Translations under genes and position numbers: made by a program
Shown: positions 24,536-25,817 of the stretch, one piece after another
Position numbering within the stretch: the first letter of the stretch is position 1
Layout of the letters: every line of letters begins with the position of its first letter
The notes under the pieces: model-generated
Told to the model about the DNA's origin: nothing
What the model saw: only the letters and a program-made list of their open reading frames with translations
Database searches by the model: none
NCBI GenBank assembly: GCA_044354635.1
Contig: JBIKZR010000001.1
Location: 1 to 25,817, forward strand
Length of the DNA stretch: 25,817 nt
DNA from: Crocinitomicaceae bacterium
Lineage (GTDB): Bacteria > Bacteroidota > Bacteroidia > Flavobacteriales_D > Crocinitomicaceae
Reading direction: 5' to 3'

Positions 24536-25655
24536 CTTTTGGGTATATTTCTTCGAGTATCTTTCGTTCCATTTCCCAGTTTTCAGTGCGCGCAGCAAGG
24601 GTACAATTATCCTTAAATTCAGATAAAAGCGCAGGATTTTTTTGTAATTCTGAAATCGTTTCTGCTAATTTTTCTGGAGATAATTCCGGTAAAACAACAC
24701 CTATATTGTGCTTCAAAACGATCCTCTCCACCTCTATTAATTTAGTGCAAATTATTGGTGTATTCGCGTGCATGTAATCAAACACTTTATTTGGTAAGGA
24801 ATAGCGGTAATTCAAATTTGTTGGTTTGTCCAACGTCAATCCAATATCAGCAAAAAGAGTAAAAAGCATCATTTCGTTGTAGGGTTTTTTTCCAAAAAAT
24901 AAAACGGATTTTTGTAGATCGTAATCGATTACGCGCTTCTTGATTTCTGGAATTACATCTCCATCCCCTACGATTAAAAGCGTAACATTTTGGAGAAGTT
25001 TCATTGCTTCAACCGCTTCCTCTGCACCTCGATCGATATTAATTCCAGCGCCTTGCAGTATAACCAAAAATGTATCTTCCGGAATACCCAATTCTTTTTT
25101 TGTCGTGCTAATTTCAGCGTTCCATTTTGGTGAGATATTTCGCACAACAGAAACTTTTTTAGAATATTTGTTGGAATACAGCTCCGCAATAGATGCATTG
25201 ACGGTATAAATTGTCGCCAATTTTGGAAAAATCCAATGCTCGATTCCTTCCCAGAATTTCTGAACGGACGGACGATTTATTAATTCTGGAACTTCGGTAA
25301 AATATTCGTGTGAATCGTAAACCAAACGGGTATTACTTTTGAATTTACTAGCGCTGTAGTTCGCTAATAAAGTATCCAAATCATTTGAAACAAGAAGATC
25401 TGCGCGCTTGAACAGCAAAAACAAAAAAAGTCTGAAAGAAAAAGAAGCGTAGAATAGAGGACCTTTTTCTGCGATTAACCGCATTCGAACTGTTTTATAG
25501 CTACGCGGTTTCAGCGCAACACTATCTTTCTTTTGTCTCCCGACAAGCGTAACATCGTACCCTTGCTGTTCTAAAAAATGGCAAATTTTATCTACACGAT
25601 TATCCGTAAATAAATCATTGGTAACAGATACTATTGCTGTTTTTTTTCTAGCCAT
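24528..25655 (-). CDS. Glycosyltransferase family 4
   Basis: 375 aa. DNRVDK, SNDLDTL, VYDSHEYFTE, IVGDGD, SLPNKVFDYMHANTPII, ENWE. Confidence 0.9.
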   Translation of the reverse strand: MARKKTAIVSVTNDLFTDNRVDKICHFLEQQGYDVTLVGRQKKDSVALKPRSYKTVRMRLIAEKGPLFYASFSFRLFLFLLFKRADLLVSNDLDTLLANYSASKFKSNTRLVYDSHEYFTEVPELINRPSVQKFWEGIEHWIFPKLATIYTVNASIAELYSNKYSKKVSVVRNISPKWNAEISTTKKELGIPEDTFLVILQGAGINIDRGAEEAVEAMKLLQNVTLLIVGDGDVIPEIKKRVIDYDLQKSVLFFGKKPYNEMMLFTLFADIGLTLDKPTNLNYRYSLPNKVFDYMHANTPIICTKLIEVERIVLKHNIGVVLPELSPEKLAETISELQKNPALLSEFKDNCTLAARTENWEMERKILEEIYPKVD

Positions 25656-25697
25656 AATTTCAAAGAGAGAACGTCCGCCGAAACGATTGAAACTGAT

Positions 25698-25817
25698 TTA
25701 CAACAAAAAGGCTAAGAAAATCAAGACAATTAATAACAGCCAAAGTGTTAATACAATGCTATCAAAAATCATTACTCCTCTACTCATTTCCAACCTTTCG
25801 TTTCCAAAAGGAGTTAT
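25698..25817 (-). CDS. 3' end of an unidentified membrane protein, truncated by the window edge
   Basis: The minus-strand frame is open from the edge: ITPFGNERLEMSRGVMIFDSIVLTLWLLLIVLIFLAFLL-stop (TAA 25700-25698); long hydrophobic helix; too short for the ORF track. Confidence 0.5.
   Translation of the reverse strand: MTPFGNERLEMSRGVMIFDSIVLTLWLLLIVLIFLAFLL

Noticed and set aside
24536-24598. N-terminal extension of the second glycosyltransferase as called in the ORF track
   Set aside because: It would overlap the upstream GT4 by 71 nt; TTG at 24535 gives a typical short overlap, and the conserved motif begins right after it.
413-25209. Short alternative-frame or antisense ORFs in the ORF track (e.g. 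413..604, 1007..1288, 1682..2023, 14889..15209, 17122..17499, 18914..19204, 23577..23912)
   Set aside because: All lie essentially within well-supported genes, show no recognisable motifs, and are typical shadow ORFs.
24123-25647. A8 tracts in both glycosyltransferases (24123-24130, 25640-25647) as contingency loci
   Set aside because: Both genes are in frame, and equal A8 runs occur in TBDR-2 (8399-8406) and pepC (12563-12570); they are explained by Lys codons.

Overview
AT-rich Bacteroidota chromosomal window. Gene families and promoter motifs suggest Flavobacteriales, possibly Crocinitomicaceae/Fluviicola-like (inference, no database search). It is mostly housekeeping and envelope genes: the 3' end of a tandem Ig-like repeat protein, ppiD, dprA, two tandem paralogous TonB-dependent receptors (the second coupled to kdsB), an HU-CCDC81/SPOR protein, a secreted C1B peptidase, a short BlaI-family repressor, dxr, DUF6495, DUF2911, a SUFU-domain protein, asd, a lamin-tail/T9SS type-B cargo protein, a small beta-barrel, a TerB/LETM1-like protein, and a minus-strand run of two glycosyltransferases plus a secreted alpha/beta hydrolase. 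I found no rRNA, tRNA, CRISPR array, transposase, integrase or phage gene, and no convincingly new multi-gene system. The best leads are: (1) the 279-bp repeats, where a 97-100% identical 173-nt core alternates with a ~67% identical segment, and the protein ends in a P/G/K tail rather than a T9SS signal; (2) the duplicated TBDR pair sharing a promoter variant; (3) a short orphan BlaI with a palindrome over its own -7 element; (4) a 73-nt hairpin between ppiD and dprA; (5) a probably leaderless dxr. All family names come from recognising motifs by eye, and identities were counted by hand.
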